Source: Setoptus koraiensis
Lineage: Eukaryota > Animalia > Arthropoda
DNA: 64,000 nt
NCBI GenBank assembly: GCA_048013815.1
Contig: CM106585.1
Coordinates: 19,840,001-19,904,000 of the forward strand
Direction: 5' to 3'
The notes under the pieces: model-generated
Seen by the model: only the letters and a program-made list of their open reading frames with translations
What the model was told of the DNA's origin: nothing
Database searches by the model: none
Made by a program: the position numbers and the translations under genes
In this document: in pieces, positions 24,631 to 36,982 of the stretch
How positions within the stretch are numbered: position 1 is the stretch's first letter
How the letters are laid out: each line of letters starts with the position of its first letter

Positions 24631-25587
24631 AAAGGCACACCTTGCATCATTTTCATTCTTATTGATGAGCTTGGGAGTTCATGAAACGAACGCGATGTCC
24701 GCACTCATTTTGAAGAGTTCATTGACGACGCCGCAATCGTGGCACAATTCTAAATCTACTCATCATCACACAAACTGTCGCATCTAGATGGAGCATCCAT
24801 GTTTTTTCAATTCAATGAATGAATGAATATCCTTTGGCTCTGACAATTTTGAAATCGAATCGCAAAGCCTCAATCATGAGAAGTTTTCACGAGGTCCGGC
24901 AACTGATCGTTGCAAGAATTTCCGATTTGTGAGGCAATCTGCAGTGCCGTTCAGGCTGTCAGCAATCGTCCACCAACCGATCTTTTCGAACGTAATCCAA
25001 ATGCGATACAGCGAAAAATTGTGAAAACCTTCATATACTTTGTAGCAATCACGCAATACAAATCTAATCATCAGCCAGTCGCGGGAATATAGCGGAAAAG
25101 TAGTACATAATTTGCGTACATATGGACCGTAAAGAGCCATATCGACGCAGTACGAATGGAGCTTAACAGAAACATTTCTGTCTCATGCCGTATATGACAC
25201 GATCCTACTGCAGAGTAAACATTGAGATGGTTTCATTTTCGTCTAAACGTTGTTTCCCATTGATTTCCATGCTTTATGGAGTTTCGTGCCTCGATTACAC
25301 GAACACTACGTGGTATGAGGGAACAATTAATCATTAGGTGCTCTCGTGTTTCACTAGCAAGGCGTGCAGTTTCGGATGCGAAAAGTTTGTCATTCTTTGT
25401 TTGCCGTTCTTTGCTTCCTGTAAAATCCAGAAATCGATTTCCAGTGTGTTATAGAAACAAGCTACTCAACTATATATAGACACCAACTGTATCAACTCAA
25501 GCGCAACCCAAAACATTAATTTCTTCAACAATATAATAGAGTTGCAATATAAACATAGCAACATTTGATAGCCGCTCATACTGTACG

Positions 25588-27711
25588 ATGGACTCTATCA
25601 AAATTAATATCTTTGGTCATCTCATTTTCGTCATGATCTTCATTAATAGTACGATCTATTTAATATCCAATGTAAATGACAAGCAAGCAGCTAGAAGAAA
25701 ATCCGACTGTTCAATCAGATCGGAGAAAAAATTATTCAAAAGAATGCGAGATCTAGTGAAGTTATATCTCAGTGCCAGACAAGGACGAGCTTTTTTAACC
25801 TGGTTCATAGTCGATCTCACCTTGGGGGTATGCATATTGACCTATCTAATATTATACGGGTTCGCTAACGATAGCCTTGTTTTGCAATTGAGATTGCCGA
25901 ATTGGTTGAGCGATATGTTTCTATGGTATAGATACTCTCGGATGATGAATAAAGTGACTGCGCTACTGATACTTGAAGTTTATTTGCTCCGCTGCAGAAA
26001 TGTTGGAAAAGCTATATTAGCGAGTGAAGGCCATGGTCGCAGGCACCTTGCGGACTCTATTTCCTACTTGAAATCACTGCAATTAACACCACGAGCCTGG
26101 ATGTATATTCTCGGTCTGACCGATACAGTCAAATGTAAAGATCGAATGCATCCTGAGAAGATTCCACATTACAGTCAGTTTGATATGAAAGTTTTAATAG
26201 ATATAACGACAGATAGAAGAAGTGTGCAGAGAAGAAACTCGTGCCCAGATGAAAACGGGAATAGTCCATTTGAGGTTCACCAGATCGAGAACGGTAGAGT
26301 GAGTTTAAGTCGAAAGTTAAGCAATTCGTATTCAGGCGATTTAGAAAAAATACAACACGAAGGCGAATTGTTCGATTTCGATAATGAGTTCCGTGAAATT
26401 CACTATCAATTCGACACTTCGAAGACATCCTGCAAGAGAGGCACTTTTCATAAAATGGATCTGAAGACATTGCGAGAGATTACCTACATCAATGTTATCG
26501 TCTCTCTGGTCACTGGTTTCGGTTACATTTTCTACGCAAAAGTTTCGTTGATCGTTGAATTTATCCACTGTCATTATTCGGTGACGTTGTTCCTCAGTCG
26601 ACGTCTTTTTCCGTACACCATGCTTTTAATGACCGTTTTCCATTGCGTAGCAGGAAATATGGATATCGGCAAGTTTGTGTTGGAAAGTTTTATTCTTCGT
26701 AGCAAGGCGAGGCGCACAGTAATTTTCATCTCGCAACTAGTAAAACTGTACTGGTACCATAGGAAACAAGTAGCAAGTTCACTTGTTGATGCCAACAGTG
26801 CATATCGCAAGCATGAATCTATGAGAAACTTCCCCGGCAGAATGTACCTGAGCCGCAGGCCGGTTGCTGTAATGAATGACAAAAAAGAACATTTGGTCGC
26901 ATTGTCGAAGAAAATCGATCAATTCATCAAAATGGTGACGGAATTGCGTGGAGATTTGGATCAATTGAAACGATTTTATATCTCCTTTTTGCATATAGAA
27001 CTTATCTTTAGATTGCCCTGTGTCATGTTGACTTTGGCCACATTCGTGAAAATGACAGACTTGGACACACGTCAATTTCAAGTGTTGGTTGTTCTTTTCG
27101 CCAGTCATTGGATTGCCTTGGTTGTAATCAGTTTCAGTGCTGCTCTTATTCATGTAAAAGTGCGTATCTTGATGCACTATCACGAGTCTCTTAGAGAGTT
27201 TGAGAAAATATTCGAATGCCCGAAAATAACCCTTAGAGAATAAGCGAAAATAATCGTCAGAAAACTGGCCCGATTCTCTATCGATTTCTGGATCGAGCTA
27301 CGATATGGCTAAGAGACAGGGATGTTCCACAGTTATTTAATTGTTTTTCACCTTTCCTGTTCATTTCCTCTCCACATAAATACGCATTTTCTGTATCTAG
27401 TTCGGGACCATCAACCGTGAGATACAGAACCTGATTGTCCATCAATCGCTGATGAGTGAACTCAATCTGCATCAATTGCTCGCAATATCCGAAGATTTGA
27501 TGATCGACGAGAATATTTCGTTTGTTATCGCAGGCATTTACCCCGTGACACCAGGAAATTTACCTTTGGTAAGTGCAAGCCATGCTCAAATCATATCGTG
27601 TTTATCAAATCTTCTACCTACAATTAACTCTCCTCAAATCCTCATTTTTTCCTGTAGATCTTAGGATGGATCCTTACTGGCATGGTAATACTGTTGCAGT
27701 TCATCTTGTAG
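25588..27711 (+). CDS. GR-superfamily chemoreceptor, copy 2 (597 aa, 29-aa in-frame deletion)
   Basis: Exons 25588-27159, 27401-27568 and 27658-27711. C-terminus ILGWILTGMVILLQFIL. Confidence 0.85.
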
Positions 27712-29203
27712 AAAGGCACACCTTGCATCATTTTCATTCTTATTGATGAGCTTGGGAGTTCATGAAACGAACGCGATGTCCGCACTCATTTTGAAGAGTT
27801 CATTGACGACGTCGCAATCGTGGCACGATTTGGAATCTACTCATCATCAAATAAACTGTCGCATCGAGACAAGGCAAAACCGATATGTATTGCTACCAAT
27901 ACAAATCGAAACGAAATATCCGGAGGCTCAGGCTTCAGATTTGAATGAACGCATTTACGAAAAAATATTAGTCTCGGTACCTTAGGTTTTACGTGATTCT
28001 AACCAAGACTGCGCGACTTTTCTCACTATTTTTTATTTCATCTTATAGTGACGTCGTTTAGAGCCAGAATTAGCCTTGTATCTCAGCCCTCTCTGGGTTA
28101 AACGGGGCATCAAAGTTGAAATTCTGAGAAAAGTGGGCTTGCCTGGTGAACGAAACACCCGAAACAGAAATAAACCAGATTTATAGCTACACCCGAGAGA
28201 GATCTTTCCAACCATACTCTACTTTCAAAAATCGAAGACCAAAAATAAAAACACCCTAAAATGGGACAACCCCTTAATTCAGCATTAGTTAATCGTTCCG
28301 AACAAAGCTTACAGTTTCACAGAGCCTCAAATTTCAATGCAATCTATATGTTGCTTCTTTTCAATTGAATGAATGAATGAATTTCCGATGGCTCTGATAA
28401 TTTTGGAATCGAATCGCAAAGCCTCACTCATGAGAAGTTTCCACAAAGTCCGGCAGCTAACCGTTACTAGAAATTATGATTTGTCAGGCAATCTGCACTG
28501 CCGTTTCGGCTGTCAGCAATCGTCCAGCAATCGAACACTTTTCAATATTAATCCTGTTGTAATCCGGCGCGAAAATTGTGAAAACTTGTATATAGTCTGT
28601 AGCTATCACGCAATATTGAAGCTAATCATTCGACAATCCAGGAAATATGAAGGAGAGGACGTCTATAATTTTCGTAGCGAAAATAGGCACATCGAAGCAG
28701 CACGAATAGAGCTTCCCAAAGATATTTCTGTTTGACACCGTAAAAAACTCAGCCCAACCATTGAGTAAACATTGATATGTTAAAATCGATTCTTCGGGGT
28801 GTCGTGCTCGATTATAAGATATGCGTTGCATGAGGGATCACTTATTCGTTACGTGTTCTTGTGTTTCACGAAAATGGCATGGAGAAGCTCTGGATGCAGA
28901 AAGTTACTCGTACTTGTGTACTGAATCCTAGAGAATCGAAAGATTAATTTTCAATGTGCCACAGGAGTGAGTTACCAGGTAACTAATTCAGGGAAATGTT
29001 CAATGCGAACTATCTTTACTGAAGATGTTTCAGTATCAAATCCTTCGCTGCCTCGATTATGTAGAGCTCACCGACTGTATCAACTCAAGCGCGAACCGAA
29101 ACACCAACTTCTTCAGACGCATGATGGAGATGCAATGTAAACATACAATCTTGTTGGAAGCAATAGATGAACAGCAACATTTAATGGCCATTTAAATTGT
29201 AAG

Positions 29204-31352
29204 ATGGACTCTATCAAAATTAATATCTTTCGTCATCTCATTTTTATTATGACTTTCATCAACGGATCGATTTATTTAGTGCCCGATACAAAAAGCGACA
29301 TGCAAGCACCAATGAGAACATCAGACAGTTCGATCAAGTCAGAGAGAAGATCATTCCAGAGGATGCGAGATCGAGCGAAGTATCACCTTAGTGGCAGACA
29401 AGGAAAAGCTTATTTAATCTGGCTAATACTCGATGTCGCAATGGGATTGTGCATACTGACCTATCTACTAGTATACGGGTTCGCTAATGAAAGACTTGTT
29501 TTGCAATTGGGATTACCGGACTGGTTGAGCGATATGTTTCTATGCTATAGATACGCTCGCATGCTCAACAAAGTGGCTATGCTCCTAATGCTCGAAGTTT
29601 ATTTGCTTCGCTCGAGAAATATTGGAAAAGCTATGGTCGCGTATGAGGGCCGTGGTTGCAGGCACCTTGTGGACGCTGTTTCCTACTTGAGATCACTGCA
29701 ATTAACACCACGAGCTTGGATGTATATTCTCGGTCTGACCGAAACAGTCAGATGTAAAGATCGAATGCATCGTGATAAAATTCCACATTACAGTCAGTTC
29801 GATCTGGAAGTTTCAGTAGATACAACGACAGATGACAGAAGTGAACATAGAAGGAACACGTGTCCAGTCGGAAATGCGAATGATCGATTTAAGGGACATA
29901 CGATCGAGACAGGTAGAGTGAGCTTAGGTCGAGAGCCAACCAATTTATATCCAGACGATTTAGAAAAAACACAAAATAGAGGCAAATTGTTCGATTTCGA
30001 TAATGAGTTTCGCGAAATTCACTATCAAATCGACACTTCGAAAACATCCTGCAAGAGAGGCACTTTTCATAAAATGGATCTGAGGACATTGAGAATGCTG
30101 AGCTACATTAATATTTTCTCCACTTTGATCGCTGTTGGCGGGCTCATTTCTTACACAATAGCTTCGCTGACGGTTGAATTCGCCCACTGTCATTACTCGG
30201 TGACATTGTTCCTCAGCCAGCGTCTTTTTTCATACACCATGCTTTTATTGACCGTTTTCAAAGGCGTAGCTGGAAATACGGATATAAGCAAGTTTGTTTT
30301 GGAGAGTATGATTCTCCAAAGCAAGGCAAAGCGCACAGTGATTTTCTCCTCGCAACTAGAAAAATTATTCCGGCATCATAGTAAACAGGTCAGAACTACA
30401 TTGGTCATACCAAGCACCCTCGAAACAAACGCCGCAGGAAGAAATCAGTTAAATTACTATCGTAGTAGTATTCAAGAGGCAAGAATGATGGCTGATGCCA
30501 ACAGTGTGTATCGCAAACATGAATCTATGGGAAACTTTCCCGGCAAAATGTACCTGAGCCGCAGGCCGGTTGCTGTAATGAATGACGAAAGAGAACATTT
30601 AGTCGCATTGTCGAAGAAAATCGATCAATTCATCAAAATGGTGATGGAATTGCGTGAAGATTTGGATCAATTGAAAAGATTTTATACCTTCTATTTGCAT
30701 ATAGAACTTGTTTGTAGATTGCCCTGTATCGTGATGACTCTGGCTACATTCGTGGAAATGACAGACTTGGACACCCATCAATTTCAAGTATTGGTGATTG
30801 TTTTCATGGGTTACTGGTTTGCCTTGGTTGTGGTCAGTTTCTCTGCTGCTCTCATCCATGTACAAGTGAGTAGCTTGATCCGCATTGATTATCAACAGTT
30901 TATTGATAGCATCATAGGTCTCTCATCACTACAATCTGACTAAGGAGCAGGGATATTCCACAATTAAGTCATCATTAGTTAATCGTTATCACCTTTGCAA
31001 TTCATTTCTCGCCCACCTTGATACATATCTCTTGTATGTAGTTTGAAACACTCAATCGGGAGATGCAGAATCTATTTGTTCATCAATCGCTCATAAGTGA
31101 ATTCAATTTACAACGACTGCTCGGTATATCTGAAGATTTAATGAAATTCGAGAATATTTCGTTCGTTATGGCAGGTATTTACCCCGTTACACCAGGAAAT
31201 TTACCTTTGGTAAGTGCAAGCCATGCTTAGATCATGTCGTGCTTATCAAATCTTCCAGCTAGAATTAACTCGCCTCAAATCCTCATTCTTTCCTGTAGAT
31301 TCTAGGATGGATCGTATCTGGCTTGATAATACTATTGCAGTTCATGTTGTAA
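29204..31352 (+). CDS. GR-superfamily chemoreceptor, copy 3 (627 aa)
   Basis: Exons 29204-30865, 31042-31209 and 31299-31352. C-terminus ILGWIVSGLIILLQFML. Confidence 0.85.
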
Positions 31353-32016
31353 AAAGTCTGAACGTGCATTACTTTTACTCTTATTTAGAAGCTTAGAAGT
31401 TCATCGAAAGAACTCGATGTCGGCACACTTATTAGGGACTTCCGATTGTCGCAATCGTGGCACGATTTCGAATCTCTTCATCATTACACAAACTTTTTGC
31501 GTCACTCCAAGATTGCAAAGCGGTGTGTATCACTGCCCTACTGCAGCCAAGACAGCAGTGCCACAAGTGTAAACTGTCTAACAACAATGTGGGACAGGTC
31601 AGCTGCTCTAGTAGCACCTCTGTTGCCGGATGACATATCCAATGGATAGAAATCCGAACGAAATCCCGAGCTTCAAGTTTCACGGAGCTTGAAATTTCCA
31701 TGCAATCTATGTGTAAATTCTTTTCAACTGAATGAATTTTCCATCACGACTGGCCCTGGTAATTTTGAAATCGAATCGCAAAGCCTTAATCATGAAGTTT
31801 TCCAAGCCATGCAACCACTCGTTCTTAGAAATTCTGATTTCCAGGCAATTTTCCAGTGAAACTTGTATCAAATCTGCACTATCACGCGATACAAAATCTT
31901 ATCATTCGCCAATCACGGAAGAGAGAGAAGTAGATCATAATTTGCGGGGTAAAAAGGGGCCCCATCGCAGCAGTTCGAATGGTGCTTACCGAGAACTTTT
32001 ATGTTTTATGTCGTAT

Positions 32017-32230
32017 TAAAATCAAATTTCACCGAAAAAAACTCGAACCTTGTGCCATTTTTGTGTAAAAAAGTGGCAAAAAGTATGGATTAAATACCTA
32101 ATTAATAAAATACATTTGTATTCAATTCATACTTTTTGTCACTTTTTTACATTTTTGCCATTTTGGCAAAAAAAGGGCAAAAACTTTATTACATTTTTTA
32201 CATAGACAAAAAACGTTTTTTCCAGCACAC
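32017..32230. mobile_element. AT-rich foldback insertion (possible MITE remnant) in the upstream module of copy 4
   Basis: The segment is absent from the paralogous modules. It has an internal inverted repeat, 32064-32086 versus 32128-32151. No TIR or TSD was identified and the boundaries are approximate. Confidence 0.4.
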
Positions 32231-32639
32231 TACTGAAGATTAATTGATGAAGTTTCATGCCTCGATTGCACGAAATGCGTGGTATGAGAGATCGATCACT
32301 TTCTATGTCTTCTTTCCTGATGAAAAATATGGTTGTGCAAGTCGTCCTACTTTTACCTACACTCTACCCTAGAAAATATAAACTAAAATTTCCAGTTGGA
32401 TACAGAAATGAGTCACTAAGCTATGACTTATTCTAGCATATTTGCATAATACACTATCTTCGCGGAAGATCGTCAAGTATCATAACCTCCGTTGACTCTA
32501 ATATCTATAGCTCACCTACATCAACTCAAGCATAAACCAATGCAGCTATTTCTTCCGAAACACACGAGAAATATGAAAATACACTCTTGTTGCGAGGTAG
32601 TGATGAACAACAACGTTTGATATCCATTTAAACTGTAAG

Positions 32640-34852
32640 ATGGACTCTATCAAGATTAATATCTTTTGTCATTTCATTTTCGCTCTAACCTTCATAAACG
32701 GCTCAATCTATTTAATGTCCGATGTAAAAGACATGCAAGCAGCTAGAAGAAAATCAGACTGTTCAAACAGATCGGAGAAAAAATTATCCAAAAGAATGCG
32801 AGATCGAATAAAGTTTTATCTCAGTGGCATAAAAGGACAAGCATTTCTAACCTGGTTGATAGTCGATCTCGCATTGGGAGCGTGCATACTGACCAATGTA
32901 CTAGCCTACGGTTTCGCAGACGAAAACATTGTTTCGCATCTAGGACTGCCAGACTGGATAGGCGATATGTTTCGATACTATAGATACAATCGCACGATCA
33001 ACAAAGAGGCTGTGCTACTATTGCTTGAACTTTATTTGCTCCGCTGCAGAAATATTGGAGAAGCTATATTCGCGAAAGAAGGCCATGGTTGTAGGCACCT
33101 TGCGGACGCTATTTCCTACTTGAGATCTCTGAAATTGACACCACGAGCCTGGATGTATCTTCTTGGTCTGACTGATGCAGTCAAATGTAAAGATCGAGTG
33201 CATCGTGAAAAGATAAAACGTAACAGTCAATTTGACACGAACGTTCTGATAAGTATGACGACAGGTGAAAGAAGTGAACAGAGAAGAAACTCCAGTCCAG
33301 CCGAAAAGGCGAATAGACGATTTACAGGTCACCCGATCGAGAGTGGCAAAGTGAGCTCATGTCGAGAGCCAACCGATTGGTTTCCAGACGATTTAGAAAA
33401 AGCACAGCACGAAGGCGAATTGTTCGATTTTGATAATGAGTTTCGCGAAATTCACTATCAAATCGACACTTCGAAAACATCCTACAAGAGAGGCACTTTT
33501 CATAAAGTGGATCTGAGGACATTGAGAGTGCTAAGCTACCTTAGTGTCTTCTTCACATTGTTCGCTGTTTGCGGGTTCACCTTGTTCGCAAAAGCTTCGC
33601 TGACGGTTGAATTTACTCACTGTCATTACTCGGTGACATTGTTCCTCAGCCAACGTCTTTTTCCATACACCATGCTTTTATTATTCATTTTCCAATTCAT
33701 CGCTCTCAATGGCGATATTGGCAAATTTGTTTTGGAGAGTTTCATCTTCCATAGCAAGGCGAAGCGCACAGTGATCTTCTCCTCGCAACTAGTGAAACAA
33801 TGCTGCCATCAGAGGCAAAAAGTAAGAAATCTTGTTGTCATACCGACCACCTTCGAAACAAGCTCAGGACTAAGAAATAATTTGAAATACAATCCTATGA
33901 CTGTTCAAGATGTGACAATGATAGTGGATGCCAGCAATGTATTTTGCAAACATGAGTCGATGAGATATTTTTGCAGAGAAAATTACCTGAGCTGCGAGCC
34001 GGTTGCTCCAATGAGCTACAAGAAAGAGCAAAATCCGGTCGAATTGTCGGAGAAAATCGATCAATTCATCAGAATGGTGATGGAATTGCGTGAAGATTTG
34101 GATCAATTGAAACGCTCTTATACCTCCTATTTGCATATAGAACTTGTTTTTAGATTGCCCTGTATCATGTTGACTCTGGCCACATTCATGAAAATGACGT
34201 CAGATCTGGACACCCATCAACTTCAAGTGTTAGTGATTGTTTTCGCCAGTTTATGGGGTACCTCGGTTGTGATTAGTTTCAGTGCCGCTCTTATCCATGT
34301 AAAAGTGAGTATGCGCATTGGTCATCAAAAGTTTCTCTTAGAGGGTTTGCGAGTATATTTGAATGCTCGAAAATACGTTTCTGTATTCATCACTAAAAGA
34401 ACGAGTATGTCACTTCTATAGCCATAATAGCTTGACTGAGGGTAAGGGATATTTCACAATTAATTCATCATTAATTTATCGCTACCCTACCTTTCCTATT
34501 CATTGCCTTCCCCATCCCAATACATATTTTTTTGCATCTAGTTTGGGACCATCAATCGAGCAGTGCAGAATCTATTTGTTCATCAATCGCTTGTAAGTGA
34601 ATTCAATTTGCAACGATTGCTCGCTATATCTGAAGATTTAATGAAAGTCGAGAATATTACGTTTGTTATCGCAGGTATTTACCCCGCTACACCTGGAAAA
34701 TTACCTCTGGTAAGTGCCAGTCATGCTTAGATCATGTCGTGTTTATCGTATCTTCTAAATACAATTAACTGTCCCCAAATCTATATTATTTTCTGTAGAT
34801 CCTAGGATGGATCGTATCTGGCATGATAATGCTGTTACAGTTCGTTTTGTAA
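32640..34852 (+). CDS. GR-superfamily chemoreceptor, copy 4 (628 aa)
   Basis: Exons 32640-34304, 34542-34709 and 34799-34852. C-terminus ILGWIVSGMIMLLQFVL. Confidence 0.85.
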
Positions 34853-35696
34853 AAATACTTAACCATGTGATACTTTCATTCATACCGATTAGCTTGGGAG
34901 TCTATCCCGAGGGCTCAATGTCGGCCATTATAATCAACAGGCAATCGCAACTTTCTGTCAAAAGCTCTATGTGAGCATAGGTTCTATTTATGATGGGCAC
35001 ACGAGCGCACTAGTGTTTAAAAATTTTACTATATTGGGCGCCATTACGGAAAAAAATGGTGCATGAGATTTTGAGAAGGCACGAAATAAAAGCACCGCAA
35101 TATGGGACAACCCTCATTGGTTTCATCGGAACAGCTTTCCAATGAAGGCTTGATGAGTGACCTGGTGCGAACCCAACAAAGCGAAACATTCGAAATAATA
35201 CTCAACGCACAGTCGAAGCTAGACAGTCTTCATCATTTTTTTTGTGAAAACCCTTACAACTCGATAATATTGGCCGAAACGGTAAAAATAAATGGCCTCG
35301 TAAGAGCTTCAAATGATCAGAAAAGTAACGTTACAATGCGGTAATTACAGAGTTTGGTTAGCCGTATTCATCAGTAAGCTGAGTCTATGGGTGTACCTGC
35401 CTCATGAACTGACAGTTATCAAGTCTTGAGCAATTGGGGCTTGCGACTATTGAGACAAGAAAGATTTGGAGTCTAAAAAAAGCCAAAATTGGGAAGCTCT
35501 GCTGCGCCGGATCACGTCAAATGTGTCGAACACTCAGTCAATTAATGGGTGAGTCTAATCGCCCCTAACTAATAAATCTTTCTGTTCATATGGCGCAGGC
35601 TTGAATTTGTAGCGAACCATCGCCAGAAGAGGCTGTCTGAGTATTGTCAAGACCATCATTTTTCAACGAATTAATTGAAAATAAAATCCCATATCG

Positions 35697-36070
35697 ATTA
35701 CATCGAGATCTAAAGCTCGGTGAAAGTCGAGGCTTTGGATATTTTTTGTTCTGATTTCTATCGTCAACATTTACCTTTTAGCCCCTCGCCGGGCCCTGAA
35801 AATTTCGGCGCCCTCCTGTGGACGATTCTTGAGATATATCAAGAATGAGATTTATATTTCAATGTGGGAAGCCCTGTATCTGTTGCTAATCAGGGCTTGA
35901 TCTCAAGCTAACAAAGGGACACTCGCCACATTGTTGTTAGACAGTGTACGTTACAGTGTCTTAGTGCTGTCTAGGCTGCAGTAGGACATCATCGTGTCTT
36001 GCTGAAATGAATTTGCGCCCTGTCCGAGAGTTTTTTAGAACTTTAATTGAAAATATATGTATGAAAACAG
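35697..36070 (+). repeat. Duplicated non-coding block, paralogous to 40101-40591
   Basis: Shared tracts include GTCAACATTTAC, CCCTGAAAATTTC.GCGCCCTCC.GTGGACGATTC.TGAGATATATCAAGAATGAGATTT and TTACAGTGTCTTAGTGCTGTCTAGGCTGC. Confidence 0.9.
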
Positions 36071-36982
36071 GGGAAGAAAGTGAGATGAAGCATTGAACAA
36101 GCGATGAAATCTGAATTGAATCAATACACGGTTTCGAAAAATTCGTAGCGAGAGAAAAAATCTTTACCGCTCCTCCGGAGGTTTTTTGAACGAACAGAAA
36201 CATCGAAAGGCCAGGGATGAAACAAGATTTGTTTACTGTTCTCGTCCCGATTGAGAGAACCCGTGAGAAATAGATTTGAAAAACCTCAATCATGAGTGGT
36301 CATGCAACAACTCTTTTTCATGCAGTCGGCAGTCAGTGAATCCTCCACCAGCCGAACTTTTCAATCGTAATCTTATTGCAATTTGGCGCGAAGATTGTGA
36401 AAACTTGTGTCCAATCTGCGCTATCACGCAATGCAAAAACTTATCATCAGCCAATTGCAGAAACTTCGAAAAGTAGACCATGATTCGCGGGGTGAAAATG
36501 GCCATATCAAAGCAGTTCGAATGGGGCCTACCATAAGCTTTTCTACCTTACGCTAAAGTCCGTATAAAACTCAATCCTACTGCACATTAAACATCTTGAT
36601 GTTAAGTGCGTCCATTACACGAAATGCGTGGTATAAGAGATTAATCAATTTTTATCTGTACTTGAGTTTCACGGATGAGAATAGTTGGTTGCTCTTTGTG
36701 TGGTTCGAACTGAAACCCACACTAGACTCAAGAAAATCTAAAATTAATTATGGTCAATCACACAAAGCGATTACTAATTTAGGTGAATGTGCAACGCGAA
36801 CCACCTTCAATGAAGATCGTTCATTATCAAATCCTTCGCTGACTAAATTATGTATAGCTCACTAACTGTATCAACAAAAACAACAAATTCTTCAAGGACA
36901 TTATAGAGATGCAATATAAACGTACACTCTTGTTGGGAGGTAGTGATGAACAACAACGTTTGATATTCATTTAAACTGTAAG

